A stretch of DNA of 64,000 nucleotides from Eggerthellales bacterium (lineage in GTDB: Bacteria > Actinomycetota > Coriobacteriia > Coriobacteriales > Eggerthellaceae). The notes under the pieces were generated by a model. The model worked only from the letters and a program-made list of their open reading frames with translations. It ran no database searches and was not told the origin of the DNA. The position numbers were made by a program, and so were the translations under genes. The stretch lies in NCBI GenBank assembly GCA_029225085.1, contig JAQXVU010000010.1, positions 23,816 to 87,815 on the forward strand, in the 5' to 3' direction. Each line of letters begins with the position of its first letter. The stretch's first letter is position 1. This document shows, one piece after another, positions 29,380-38,693 of the stretch.

Positions 29380-30567
29380 ATGAACAACTTCGAATTTTGC
29401 TCGCCAACCGACTTCGTCTTTGGCAAGGGTGTTGCCATCCAGGTGGGTCCTAAGCTGAAGGCTCTGGGCGCAACCTGCGTCATGGTGCAGTACGGTGGCG
29501 GTTCCGTGGTGCGCAACGGCATCCTGGAAACGGTGACTAAGAGCCTTGATGAGGCAGGGCTGAAGTACATCGTGAAGGGCGGCGTTCGCGCTAATCCTGA
29601 GGTGACCTTCGTCCGCGAGGCCATCGTCGAGGCCCGCGAGGCTGGCGTCGACTTCCTGTTCGCTGTTGGCGGTGGCTCCGTTATGGATTCCTGCAAGGCC
29701 ACTGCAGCTGGCCTGTGCCACGACGGTGACGTATGGGATCTGTTCGTGAAGAAGGACGGCGCTCCCGTGTATCCTATCGACGAGTGCCTGCCTGTGGGCA
29801 TGGTTCTCACCATTCCTGCCGCTGGTTCCGAGGGCAGCGATTCTATGGTTATTACCAACGAGGAGCTGGGCATGAAGAGCGGTCGCGGTGCTGAGGCCCT
29901 GCGCTCTAAGGTCAGCTTCATGGATCCCACCTATACCTTCACCCTGTCTCCTGAGCAGACCGCAGCCGGTATCACCGACATGTTCGCTCATCTGCTCGAG
30001 CGCTTCTTCTCTGAGACCGGCAACGTGCCCATCACGGATAACCTGAACCTTTCCATCATGAAGACCATCCGCGCTTGCGCTCCTCGCGTTCTCGAGAACC
30101 CCGAGGACTACGAGGCTCGCGCCAACATCATGTGGGCTGCAACCCTGGCTCACAACGGTTTGGCCGGCATGGGCCGTGCAGGCGACTGGGCCTGCCACGC
30201 CATCGAGCACGAGCTGTCCGCCATCGACGCGTCCATTCCTCACGGCGCTGGTCTGGCCGTGATCTTCCCCGCCTGGATGCAGTACGTGTACAAGGAGAAC
30301 CCTGAGCGCTTCGTTCTGTACGGCCAGGAGGTCTTCGGCATCTCCCGCACCGATGATGTGGAAGCTGACGCACGTCGCGCCATCGAGGCTACCCAGCTGT
30401 TCTTCATCAGCCTGGGCATGCCTGCTCGTCTGGCTGACTTCAACATTCATGAGGAGGACATCGAGGGCATGATTCCTACCCTCATCGCTAACAAGGGCGA
30501 GATCTTCGGCAGCTTCAAGAAGATCGGTGCCGACGACGCTCGCGCTATCTATCGCATCGCTCTGTAG
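29380..30567 (+). CDS. iron-containing (group III) alcohol dehydrogenase, BdhA/YqhD-like
   Basis: Fe-ADH layout: GGGSVMD nucleotide loop, and His-rich metal site (AHLLERF, HAIEHELS, HGAGLAV). RBS AAGGGGA. Confidence 0.88.
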   Translation: MNNFEFCSPTDFVFGKGVAIQVGPKLKALGATCVMVQYGGGSVVRNGILETVTKSLDEAGLKYIVKGGVRANPEVTFVREAIVEAREAGVDFLFAVGGGSVMDSCKATAAGLCHDGDVWDLFVKKDGAPVYPIDECLPVGMVLTIPAAGSEGSDSMVITNEELGMKSGRGAEALRSKVSFMDPTYTFTLSPEQTAAGITDMFAHLLERFFSETGNVPITDNLNLSIMKTIRACAPRVLENPEDYEARANIMWAATLAHNGLAGMGRAGDWACHAIEHELSAIDASIPHGAGLAVIFPAWMQYVYKENPERFVLYGQEVFGISRTDDVEADARRAIEATQLFFISLGMPARLADFNIHEEDIEGMIPTLIANKGEIFGSFKKIGADDARAIYRIAL

Positions 30568-30639
30568 TTTGTGTCAGAGCCTGCGCGAAGTGGGCTTAGC
30601 GAGCAAAAGGGTTTAGTGGACAAAATGTGTGTCCGGTTT

Positions 30640-30673
30640 CAGGCGTTGACCTAGGTCAACGCCTGTTTTTTTT
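30640..30673 (+). terminator. intrinsic terminator after alcohol dehydrogenase
   Basis: CAGGCGTTGACC-TA-GGTCAACGCCTG followed by T8. Confidence 0.85.
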
Positions 30674-30784
30674 GGAAAAAAGTCGATGGAGGCGGCATTT
30701 CGTCTGTTGAGTCTGCTCGTCCGGAGGCTCCGCGATGAAAACCGGCAATGCTTCGTGCTGCACGTGCGGCACTAGTAGCGCTTG

Positions 30785-30896
30785 CAGTGCGGGGAGCAGG
30801 CTCAGCACATGCGGCATGATGAACGCGTTCGGCACATGCAGTGCGGGGAGGAGGCTTAGCACATGCGGCATGATAAACGCGCGCAGCACTTGCAGT
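30785..30896. repeat. 54-bp tandem repeat x2
   Basis: GCAGTGCGGGGAG(C/G)AGGCT(C/T)AGCACATGCGGCATGAT(G/A)AACGCG... at 30785-30838 and 30839-30892. Confidence 0.8.
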
Positions 30897-31175
30897 TTTT
30901 TGGCCTCAAAAAACAGAAACGGGCCATCAGTGCAGAAGTTTTTGACGAGACAGAATCTCAAAGAGATTGATAGCTGGGGTTTCACCTTGCGTAATGATGG
31001 TCGGCACCTGCGTAATGTGGGTCTTAATTAGGATTATGTCCCGGCAATGCGAGTCGGTGGCCAACTGATTGATCGGGGCGAATCTCGTTGAGCCATTGAA
31101 AGCGCTTTAATCTTCTGCACTGAGCGGCCCATTCTGCAAAATGGGCTAATATTTTTGCAATTTGTTCTGCACTGA

Positions 31176-31260
31176 GGCGTCGATTCTGCATCTCGGCTTC
31201 GCATCGGCGTCGATTCTGCATCTCGGCTCTGCATTGGCGTCGATTCTGCATCCCAGCGCC
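31176..31260. repeat. 30-bp tandem repeat x2.8
   Basis: GGCGTCGATTCTGCATCTCGGCT(TC/CT)GCAT(C/T) at 31176, 31206 and 31236. Confidence 0.85.
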
Positions 31261-31322
31261 GCACGCTCTGGGTTTGTGCCGCCTTGTTGCCAGAAGCGGA
31301 GAAGGATTCCTCGTATTCAGAC

Positions 31323-32888
31323 CTATGCCTCTTCGTCCTTAGAAGATTCCAGGGCTTCCTCATCTTCCGGGGTCATGATGACGGGCACTTCCATCTGCAA
31401 ATCGTTGATGTAGCCGCGGATGTAGCGGGCCTGCTTCTTGCAGTCAGTGGGCCGGGTGTTGGCGTTCAGCTCCTCATCGGTCATGTCCTTGATCATGCGC
31501 ACGTAGGTGTCGCCGCCATCGCTCCATTCAACGCAGGGGTACCAGCGCATGTTCCGGATGCTCACCTCGTCCTCGCCCTTCACGAAATCGCAGGTGAAGA
31601 TGCCGGAAACGATGGTGTCGACGAGGCGATAGCCGCTGACGAAGTCAGACATGCCAAAGACCACGGGCACGGTTTTGCCTTCAGCGCCGGTGTACATGCG
31701 GATGGTCTGGGTCACGTGGTTATGAGAGCCCAGCACCAGGTCGACGCCTTGGTCGGCCAGGAACTGAGCCTGCATGTCCTGGGTGTGGGTGACGGTGGGG
31801 TCGTACTCGGTGCCCCAGTGCATGTACACGATCACCACGTCGGCCACTTGGTGAGCTCGGGCAATGTCGGCTTCCGCGGTGTCCTCGTCGAAGAGGACCA
31901 GGTGGTAGTCGTCGGGCATGTCGGAGGGGTCGTAGCCGTTAGAGCCATAGCCGTAGGCCAACAGGGCAAAGGTGATGCCGTTGCGCTCTACCAGCTGCAC
32001 GGTGTCGCGGGCTTCCTGAGTGGGGTAGCTTCCGGCAACCAGCAGGTTGGGGTGGGAAGCGAAGACCTCGTGGGTAGAGTCAATGCCGTCTGTCCAGAGG
32101 TCGTACACGTGGTTCGAGCAGAAGCTCACCAGGTTGAAGCCCACCTCGTCAATAGCGTCGATGACGCTGTCAGGGGAGTTGAAGGTGGGCCACCCGTTTA
32201 CGGCCCAGCCTTTCGAGGTGTTGGTGATGGTCTCCTGGTTAATGAACTTCAGATCGTAGTTGGCCAGGAACGGCTGCACTTCCTGATAGAAGGGAGTGAA
32301 GTCGTAGGCGTCGTCGTTCTTCTTGCCCTGATATTTGTCGGCGATCTCGAGCGCCTCGTCGGAGCCGATCTGGTCGCCTACTGCCGCGAAGGTCACCACG
32401 CCTTCGGTGGCTCCTGCCACTTGCCTGCCCCGTAGGGTGTAGGCGATGCTGTCGGCGGATACGCCATGCACGATGCCGTTGTCATCGACGGTTTCCGTGG
32501 CCCCTGCGAGCTTGGTTGAGAAGGGCTCCGTGGGATTGGGAGGGGTCAGCAGCTTGGTGACACCCCAAATGGCGGCAGCGGCAAGGGCGAGGGCTGCGAG
32601 GACTGCTACGGCTAGGGCGATGATGCGTGGCGCTTTGGAAGGTGCCGCTGTTGCCTGGGCCGAGGGCCGAGGCCGCGGCGAAGGGTTTGCCTGGGTGGAA
32701 GAGCGCGAGTGCGATGAGGGATCCGCCTGAGTAGAAGGCCGAGGTCTTGGCAAGGGGCTTTGCGCTTGCGGCGTGGAAGGGGCGGTCCGACTGGTGTGTG
32801 GCGCTGCGGACTTGCGGCGACGATGCACCGTGGTCTTCTGGGGGCGCGCCGCTGGCTCGCGGCGCCGCTGATTGCGGGGTTCTTCCAT
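31323..32888 (-). CDS. CapA-family (PGA_cap, metallophosphatase-like) membrane-anchored protein
   Basis: FAAVGDQ..., SFCSNHVYD, VVIVYMHWGTEY, LVLGSHNHV. Arg/Pro-rich N-terminal tail plus one TM. Start chosen at MEEPRNQ (GTGAGGA RBS), not the track ORF start 33167. Confidence 0.75.
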   Translation of the reverse strand: MEEPRNQRRREPAARPQKTTVHRRRKSAAPHTSRTAPSTPQAQSPLPRPRPSTQADPSSHSRSSTQANPSPRPRPSAQATAAPSKAPRIIALAVAVLAALALAAAAIWGVTKLLTPPNPTEPFSTKLAGATETVDDNGIVHGVSADSIAYTLRGRQVAGATEGVVTFAAVGDQIGSDEALEIADKYQGKKNDDAYDFTPFYQEVQPFLANYDLKFINQETITNTSKGWAVNGWPTFNSPDSVIDAIDEVGFNLVSFCSNHVYDLWTDGIDSTHEVFASHPNLLVAGSYPTQEARDTVQLVERNGITFALLAYGYGSNGYDPSDMPDDYHLVLFDEDTAEADIARAHQVADVVIVYMHWGTEYDPTVTHTQDMQAQFLADQGVDLVLGSHNHVTQTIRMYTGAEGKTVPVVFGMSDFVSGYRLVDTIVSGIFTCDFVKGEDEVSIRNMRWYPCVEWSDGGDTYVRMIKDMTDEELNANTRPTDCKKQARYIRGYINDLQMEVPVIMTPEDEEALESSKDEEA

Positions 32889-33198
32889 GCCTATCCTCAC
32901 CGAAAGGGTCTCTATAGAAACTTTACTCGGTAGGAAATGGGACAAGAGCGGCGTTTTGCATAATTCAGGGTGTTGGGGGTCAGAGGGGGCTTTTTGGCCA
33001 AGAGCCCCAAGATATTGGGGGTGGCGGCACCTTTGCGGGGAAGTGACTTGCTCGGCACGAGATGGGATGTTCTTCGCGTTGTGAGGGGCGAAATGTGGAC
33101 GAGGCGTGAAGGGTGGCGGAAAAGTGTCTAAGAATCTGTCGATGTTCCGGCGAACGGTACCCGACAAATGAAGCGTAATGACTATTCGTTTATCTGAG

Positions 33199-33242
33199 AA
33201 TTACGTGCGAATTACGCATGGGTTACGTACGAAATGCACTCA
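33199..33242. repeat. four 11-bp phased units (AATTACGTGCG-like)
   Basis: AATTACGTGCG / AATTACGCATG / GGTTACGTACG / AAATGCACTCA, head to tail. Confidence 0.6.
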
Positions 33243-33364
33243 GAGCATTTTCATTTGCCAAACAGTTTGCATGTCAAGACTTAACACGGGAAAAAATACG
33301 GGTAATCTTAGGTGTGCAAATTCAATTGGGGAGTCATAGACGTCCCTATTTTTTTGGCCAACAG

Positions 33365-33412
33365 ACACTATATCTTGTATGCAGAATAATAATTCCATAC
33401 AACTTATGGTCA
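33365..33412 (+). promoter_or_regulatory. candidate tandem NrdR boxes upstream of nrdDG
   Basis: Box 1 ACACTATATCTTGTAT (about 14/16 to acaCwAtATaTwGtgt as I recall it). Box 2 ATACAACTTATGGTCA is weaker. Centres are 32 bp apart. Confidence 0.5.
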
Positions 33413-33567
33413 TCCGTAGGCTATAGTGATGAAAGCCGCCAACCCTGAATTTAGGGTGGGCCGCCCGCCTGAAACAGAGGTTTCGCTGTCCCGTTACAGG
33501 GACTTCCGCTCCGACGGAAACAGCCATACTCGGTTTCATGAAGCAGGCTTTTTGAAAGGATTGGGAA

Positions 33568-35772
33568 ATGAAGATCATCAAGCGCGATGGCTCTGAAGCT
33601 GAGTTCGACGCCGCCAAGATTGCCCATGCGGTAACCAAGGCCAACGAGGCAGACAAGCCTCAGCTCACCGCTGCCCAAATCGCCGATATCGCTGACTACG
33701 TAGAGTATCGTTGCGCTAAGATGCCTCGCGCCGTCTCCGTCGAGGAGATTCAGGACATGGTCGAGAATCAGATCATGGCCACCGGCGCCTTCGAGGTCGC
33801 TCGTCGTTACGTGCGCTATCGCTATCGTCGCTCCCTGGTGCGCAAGACCTCCGAGACCGACGATCGCATCATGTCTCTCATCGAGTGCAACAACGAAGAG
33901 GTTAAGCAGGAGAACTCCAACAAGAACCCTGTGGTGAACAGCGTGCAGCGCGACTACATGGCTGGCGAGATCTCTAAGGACATCACCCGTCGCGTGCTCC
34001 TTCCACCTGACATTGTGGAAGCTCACGAGGCCGGCATCATCCACTTCCACGATGCTGACTACTTCGCTCAGCACATGCACAACTGCGATCTGGTGAACCT
34101 CGACGACATGCTGCAGAACGGCACCGTCATCTCCGAGACCATGATCGAGCGTCCCCACAGCTTCTCTACCGCCTGCAACATCGCCACTCAGATCATCGCT
34201 CAGGTGGCTTCTAACCAGTACGGCGGCCAGTCTATCAGCCTCACCCACCTGGCACCCTTCGTGCAGGTGTCCCGCGAGAAGATCCGTCGCGAGGTAGAGG
34301 CCGAGGTCTCCATCTACGGCTACGAGGTTCCTCAGGAGAAGATTGACGAGGTTGTCGAGCGTCGTCTCCGCGCTGAGGTGGTAAAGGGCGTGCAGACCAT
34401 TCAGTATCAGGTGGTCACCCTCATGACCACCAACGGCCAGGCCCCCTTCCTCACCGTGTTCATGTACCTGAACGAGGCCAAGGACGAGCAGGAGAAGGCC
34501 GACCTCGCCATCATCATCGAGGAGATGCTGCTGCAGCGCTATCAGGGCGTGAAGAACGAGTCCGGCACCTGGATCACCCCTGCCTTCCCCAAGCTCATCT
34601 ACGTGCTTGAAGAGGACAACATCGATCCTGGCACTCCTTACTACTACCTTACCGAGCTGGCTGCAAAGGTCACCGCTAAGCGTCTGGTCCCCGACTACAT
34701 CTCCGAGAAGAAGATGAAGGAGTACAAGATCAACGCCAATGGCGATGGCGACTGCTACACCTGTATGGGTTGCCGCTCCTTCCTGACCCCTGATCGTTCC
34801 GGTAACGGCTATGACAACGTGGCCAAGGCCAAGAACTACGACGGTAAGCCTAAGTACTACGGCCGCTTCAACCAGGGCGTGGTAACCCTGAACCTGGTAG
34901 ACGTGGCTCTGTCCTCTCACGGCAATATGGAAGAGTTCTGGAAGATCTTCGATGAGCGCCTTGACCTGTGCTATCGCGCCCTCATGTGCCGTCACGAGCG
35001 TCTGAAGGGCACCCTGTCCGATGCCGCTCCTATCCTGTGGCAGCACGGCGCCCTGGCCCGTCTCGAGAAGGGCGAGCCCATCGACAAGCTGCTGTACGGC
35101 GGTTATTCCACCATCAGCCTGGGCTATGCGGGCCTGTACGAGTGCGTGTACTACATGACCGGTCAGTCCCATACCAGCGACGAGGCCAAGCCCTTCGCCC
35201 TGTCCGTCATGCAGCACATGAACGATGCCTGCGCCAAGTGGAAGGCTGACACCAACATCGACTTCAGCCTGTACGGAACGCCGCTAGAATCTACTACCTA
35301 CAAGTTCGCCAAGTGCCTGCAGAAGCGCTTCGGCATCATCGAGGGCGTTACGGATCGCACCTACATCACCAACAGCTATCACGTGCATGTGGCCGAGGAG
35401 ATTGACGCCTTCACCAAGCTGCAGTTCGAGGCTGAGTTCCAGCGTCTGAGCCCTGGTGGCGCCATCAGCTACGTCGAGGTTCCCAACATGCAGGACAACA
35501 TCCCCGCGGTGCTGCAGGTCATGCGCTTCATCTACGACAACATCATGTATGCCGAGCTGAACACCAAGAGCGACTACTGCCAGGTCTGCGGCTATGACGG
35601 CGAGATTCAGATCGTCGAGGACGAGGGCAAGCTGGTGTGGGAGTGCCCCAAGTGCGGCAACCGCGATGAGAGCAAGCTGAATGTGGCTCGTCGTACTTGC
35701 GGCTACATTGGCACCCAGTTCTGGAACCAGGGCCGCACTGCCGAGATCAAGGATCGCGTGCTGCATCTGTAG
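33568..35772 (+). CDS. nrdD: anaerobic ribonucleoside-triphosphate reductase (class III)
   Basis: N-terminal ATP-cone (MKIIKRDGSEAEFD), C-terminal Zn ribbon CQVCGY...CPKCG, and glycyl-radical tail RTCGYIG. Confidence 0.97.
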   Translation: MKIIKRDGSEAEFDAAKIAHAVTKANEADKPQLTAAQIADIADYVEYRCAKMPRAVSVEEIQDMVENQIMATGAFEVARRYVRYRYRRSLVRKTSETDDRIMSLIECNNEEVKQENSNKNPVVNSVQRDYMAGEISKDITRRVLLPPDIVEAHEAGIIHFHDADYFAQHMHNCDLVNLDDMLQNGTVISETMIERPHSFSTACNIATQIIAQVASNQYGGQSISLTHLAPFVQVSREKIRREVEAEVSIYGYEVPQEKIDEVVERRLRAEVVKGVQTIQYQVVTLMTTNGQAPFLTVFMYLNEAKDEQEKADLAIIIEEMLLQRYQGVKNESGTWITPAFPKLIYVLEEDNIDPGTPYYYLTELAAKVTAKRLVPDYISEKKMKEYKINANGDGDCYTCMGCRSFLTPDRSGNGYDNVAKAKNYDGKPKYYGRFNQGVVTLNLVDVALSSHGNMEEFWKIFDERLDLCYRALMCRHERLKGTLSDAAPILWQHGALARLEKGEPIDKLLYGGYSTISLGYAGLYECVYYMTGQSHTSDEAKPFALSVMQHMNDACAKWKADTNIDFSLYGTPLESTTYKFAKCLQKRFGIIEGVTDRTYITNSYHVHVAEEIDAFTKLQFEAEFQRLSPGGAISYVEVPNMQDNIPAVLQVMRFIYDNIMYAELNTKSDYCQVCGYDGEIQIVEDEGKLVWECPKCGNRDESKLNVARRTCGYIGTQFWNQGRTAEIKDRVLHL

Positions 35773-35880
35773 GAACCGTTTCACCTGCGCTTTTTCGCGT
35801 CTCGCTGGTGAACAGCGTTCCTGCTACTACAATATTTGCAAGGGGCCCCGCTTCGGGGCCCTTGTTGAAAAGGAGGGCGT

Positions 35881-36426
35881 ATGTACTACGGCGAGATTAA
35901 AAACTGCGACATCGCTAATGGCGAGGGCGTGCGCGTGTCCCTGTTCGTGTCCGGATGCACCCTTCATTGCGTGGGCTGCTTCAACCAGGAGGCCTGGGAC
36001 TTCAAGTACGGCAAGCCCTTCACCCCCGAGGTAGAGGACCATCTGATCGACTTGCTGCGTCCAAGCTACATTAACGGCCTGAGCCTGCTTGGCGGCGAGC
36101 CCTTCGAAATCCCCAATCAGCGAGCCTTGCTGCCCTTCTTGCGCAGGGTGAAGGAGACTTATCCCGACAAGAACATCTGGGCCTACACCGGCAGGCTGTA
36201 CGATGTCGACCTGCAGGAGGGCGGCTCGGTGCATTGCGAATGCACCGATGAGATGCTCGACCTCATAGACGTGCTGGTGGATGGCGCCTATGTAGAGGCG
36301 GAGAAGGACATCTCCCTGGCGTTCTGCGGTTCTGCGAATCAGCGCCTCATCGACCTGAAGAAGACCCGTCGCACCGGCGAGCTTTCCTTCGTGCACCTGG
36401 CCAGTCGGGAGATCCGCTGGCAGTAG
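35881..36426 (+). CDS. nrdG: anaerobic RNR activating protein (radical SAM)
   Basis: DIANGEGVRVSLFVSGCTLHCVGCFN (CxxxCxxC). RBS AAGGAGGG. Lies downstream of nrdD. Confidence 0.95.
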   Translation: MYYGEIKNCDIANGEGVRVSLFVSGCTLHCVGCFNQEAWDFKYGKPFTPEVEDHLIDLLRPSYINGLSLLGGEPFEIPNQRALLPFLRRVKETYPDKNIWAYTGRLYDVDLQEGGSVHCECTDEMLDLIDVLVDGAYVEAEKDISLAFCGSANQRLIDLKKTRRTGELSFVHLASREIRWQ

Positions 36427-36597
36427 GGGAGCATGGAGCTTGCCTCGGACGTGGGGAGCGCGGTGCCTGGTCCGCGCGGCTGGCGTGGGCGTGGCTTGCG
36501 GCTGCGGAGCGCGCTCGCCCGAGACCGTTTTTTTTGTTCTTCTGTTCCTGTGGAGTTTCAGGAGAAGCCAAGGGAACCCTGCTAAGATTCGGTTCCT

Positions 36598-37296
36598 ATG
36601 ATTTCTCTGATTAAGAAGATATTCAAATTTTTCTTTTCCCTGGTAATGGCCGTGGTGGTTTGCTGCGTGCTGGTGGTGGCTGTCCCCAATCTGTGGGAGG
36701 TGGGCACCTCGTCGCTGCATATGGTCAGTGAGGAAGAGGCTGGCGATGCAGCTCAGACCGACGGCACCACCTATGACGCCATTCTGGTGCTGGGAGCTGC
36801 GGTCTACGCCGATGGCACCCCTTCAACCATTCTGCAGGACCGCCTCGATGTGGCCATTCGCCTGTATCAGGCAGGGGTGGCCCCGAAGATCATCATGAGC
36901 GGTGACAATCGGGATGCCAACTACAACGAGTGCTACAACATGAAGAGCTATGCCATTGCCGCAGGCGTTCCCAGCGAGGACGTCTTCTGCGACCATCGGG
37001 GCGTGTGCACCTACGACAGCATGTACCGGGCCAAGAACGTCTTCGGGGTGGAATCCCTCATGGTGGTCACCCAGAGCTACCACCTGTACCGGGCGCTGTT
37101 CGACGCCAACGGCCTGGGCATTGACGCCTGGGGCGTGGGCAGCGACATTCATGAGTACGCCGACCAGGATTATTACGACAAGCGTGAGGTCCTTGCCCGC
37201 ATCAACGACTTCAAGAAGGTGCTGTGCAAGGAGACCTCCGAGTACCTGTCGGAGCCAGTGAGCCTCGACCAGTCGGGAGATGTGACCTACTGGTAG
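36598..37296 (+). CDS. sanA: SanA/YdcF (DUF218) family membrane-anchored protein
   Basis: N-terminal TM, then DAILVLGAAVYADGTPS...RLD.A..LY..G..PKIIMSGDN, typical of SanA. No strong RBS was seen, so the start is less certain. Confidence 0.75.
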   Translation: MISLIKKIFKFFFSLVMAVVVCCVLVVAVPNLWEVGTSSLHMVSEEEAGDAAQTDGTTYDAILVLGAAVYADGTPSTILQDRLDVAIRLYQAGVAPKIIMSGDNRDANYNECYNMKSYAIAAGVPSEDVFCDHRGVCTYDSMYRAKNVFGVESLMVVTQSYHLYRALFDANGLGIDAWGVGSDIHEYADQDYYDKREVLARINDFKKVLCKETSEYLSEPVSLDQSGDVTYW

Positions 37297-37433
37297 GCCT
37301 TGTAGGAGATGCGGCTTGTTGGTGAGTCTAGTGGGGTGTGACCCCATTGACAGGCCTTGCGGGGGACGTGGCCTGCCTGAAGCTTCGAGCGCTTTTGCAA
37401 TCTCGTTCATGCAGTCGTCGCCTTATTCATAGT

Positions 37434-37473
37434 GGAAAAGGGGAGGCCCCCAAGCAAACGCTTGGGGGCCTCC
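37434..37473 (-). terminator. intrinsic terminator of hpf (minus strand)
   Basis: 14-bp stem GGAGGCCCCCAAGC/GCTTGGGGGCCTCC, followed on the minus strand by CCCCTTTTCC. Confidence 0.75.
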
Positions 37474-37503
37474 TGGTGTGGTTGGCGTGTTTCGGCGTTG
37501 GCC

Positions 37504-38073
37504 TTAAGCGTCAGCCTGCTTCAGCAGACCGTAGCCACCGTTCTCGCGGCGATAGAGAATGCAGAAGGCATTGGTATCGCGATCGATGTAGCCGTAGAAG
37601 TCGTGACCCAGAAGGTCGATGGCGATGAGTGCCTCTTCCTCGGTCTTGGGCTCGAACTCTACTTCCTTCACGCGGACGATTTCCTCGTCAGCGCCGGAAA
37701 GCTCTGCCATGAGGGCATCGAGGTCGAGGTCGCCGGTGCCGAAGGTTTCAGCGATGCCGTCTGCGCCGTGGCGACGGTTCACAACCTTGGTCTTGTACTT
37801 GCGGAGCTGACGCAGAACCTTGGCAGCTGCGATGTCGATGGCAGCGTACATGTCGTTCTCGTTCTCCTGAACGCGGATGACATGACCCTTGGTGCGCAGG
37901 GTTACCTCGCAGACGCAAGGTAGGGCGTTAGAGCGGTTGCGCTCGGCGGAGAGTTCTACTTCGGCGGTCATCTCGATATCCATGGCCTTCATGGAATCGG
38001 TGATCTTCTCCTCGGCGTAGCTGCGGAGAGCTGGGGTGACGGTGATGTTGCGACCGGTTACCGTGATTTCCAT
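37504..38073 (-). CDS. hpf: ribosome hibernation promoting factor, long form
   Basis: MEITVTGRNITVTPALRSYAEEK... N-terminal S30AE domain plus a C-terminal dimerisation domain (FYGYIDRDTNAFCILYRRENGGYGLL). RBS GAAAGGTG. Internal start of track ORF 37504..38256. Confidence 0.93.
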   Translation of the reverse strand: MEITVTGRNITVTPALRSYAEEKITDSMKAMDIEMTAEVELSAERNRSNALPCVCEVTLRTKGHVIRVQENENDMYAAIDIAAAKVLRQLRKYKTKVVNRRHGADGIAETFGTGDLDLDALMAELSGADEEIVRVKEVEFEPKTEEEALIAIDLLGHDFYGYIDRDTNAFCILYRRENGGYGLLKQADA

Positions 38074-38325
38074 AAACACACCTTTCTCTGTATGCGATTT
38101 CCCGGGTCTTTCTGCACTGACCGAAGGGGAGAATCGCTTGGTTCGTCTATGTGCAACTTCAGAATAGCGCAACTTTAACCTCTGGTGGAGTATTGCGTTT
38201 TTCCTGGTAATAGGCTTACACACAAGGTCTTCATTTATTTTCGACGAGCCGTGCACAACTGGTCGGGGCGTGCCCTTTACTCTTCAAAGCAGGATGAGAA
38301 TCTCGGCCGCAATTGCAGCGGGCAA

Positions 38326-38459
38326 CGGCTCGCGAAGCGGCGTGCGGCGGCTTGCGAAGCGACGGGCGCCGGCTTGCGAAGCGGTGTGTGGCGGCTCGCG
38401 GAGGCGTTCTGGGGCGGTTTGCGAATCGCTTTGCGGGCGTTGCGGACGCGGTGCGCAGC
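38326..38459. repeat. six tandem 22-23 bp units (CGGCTTGCGAAGCG-N8)
   Basis: Units start at 38326, 38348, 38370, 38392, 38415 and 38438, with decay towards the 3' end. Confidence 0.85.
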
Positions 38460-38557
38460 TGTTCGTTCGCCGCTTTTCCCGTTTGCGGAGGCCAGGGTGG
38501 CCCTTGCCGTATGCGCAGGGATTGTGTGGTACCATAGCGGACGTATGGATTGTCATT

Positions 38558-38634
38558 CGGGATGTGGCTCAGTTTGGTAGAGCGCTGCGTTCGGGACGCA
38601 GAGGCCGCCGGTTCGAATCCGGTCATCCCGACCA
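38558..38634 (+). tRNA. tRNA-Pro (anticodon CGG)
   Basis: Cloverleaf by hand: acceptor CGGGATG/CATCCCG, D stem GCTC/GAGC, anticodon stem CTGCG/CGCAG with loop TTCGGGA, T loop TTCGAAT, encoded CCA. Confidence 0.92.
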
Positions 38635-38693
38635 GTGGGTCTGCGCCCTGCTGGCCTTCCTGCAGAGATACAGAAATAAGTTTGGAGGAATCC

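Noticed and set aside
26494-30450. 1318-aa minus-strand ORF opposite leuS and the alcohol dehydrogenase
   Set aside because: Same codon-aligned shadow phenomenon. It spans an intergenic terminator and two well-supported plus-strand genes.
32889-33167. N-terminal 93 codons of track ORF 31323..33167
   Set aside because: The upstream part has odd composition and no RBS. The internal ATG at 32888 has a GTGAGGA RBS and gives a sensible tail-TM-CapA architecture.
38326-38459. CRISPR-like array (and likewise the other tandem repeat clusters)
   Set aside because: Units are contiguous, with 22-23 bp periods, no unique spacers, and progressive degeneracy. There are no cas genes in the window.
38550-38693. 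5' part of track ORF 38550..38981
   Set aside because: It overlaps the tRNA-Pro gene. The TatA signature begins at ATG 38694, which has a GGAGGA RBS.
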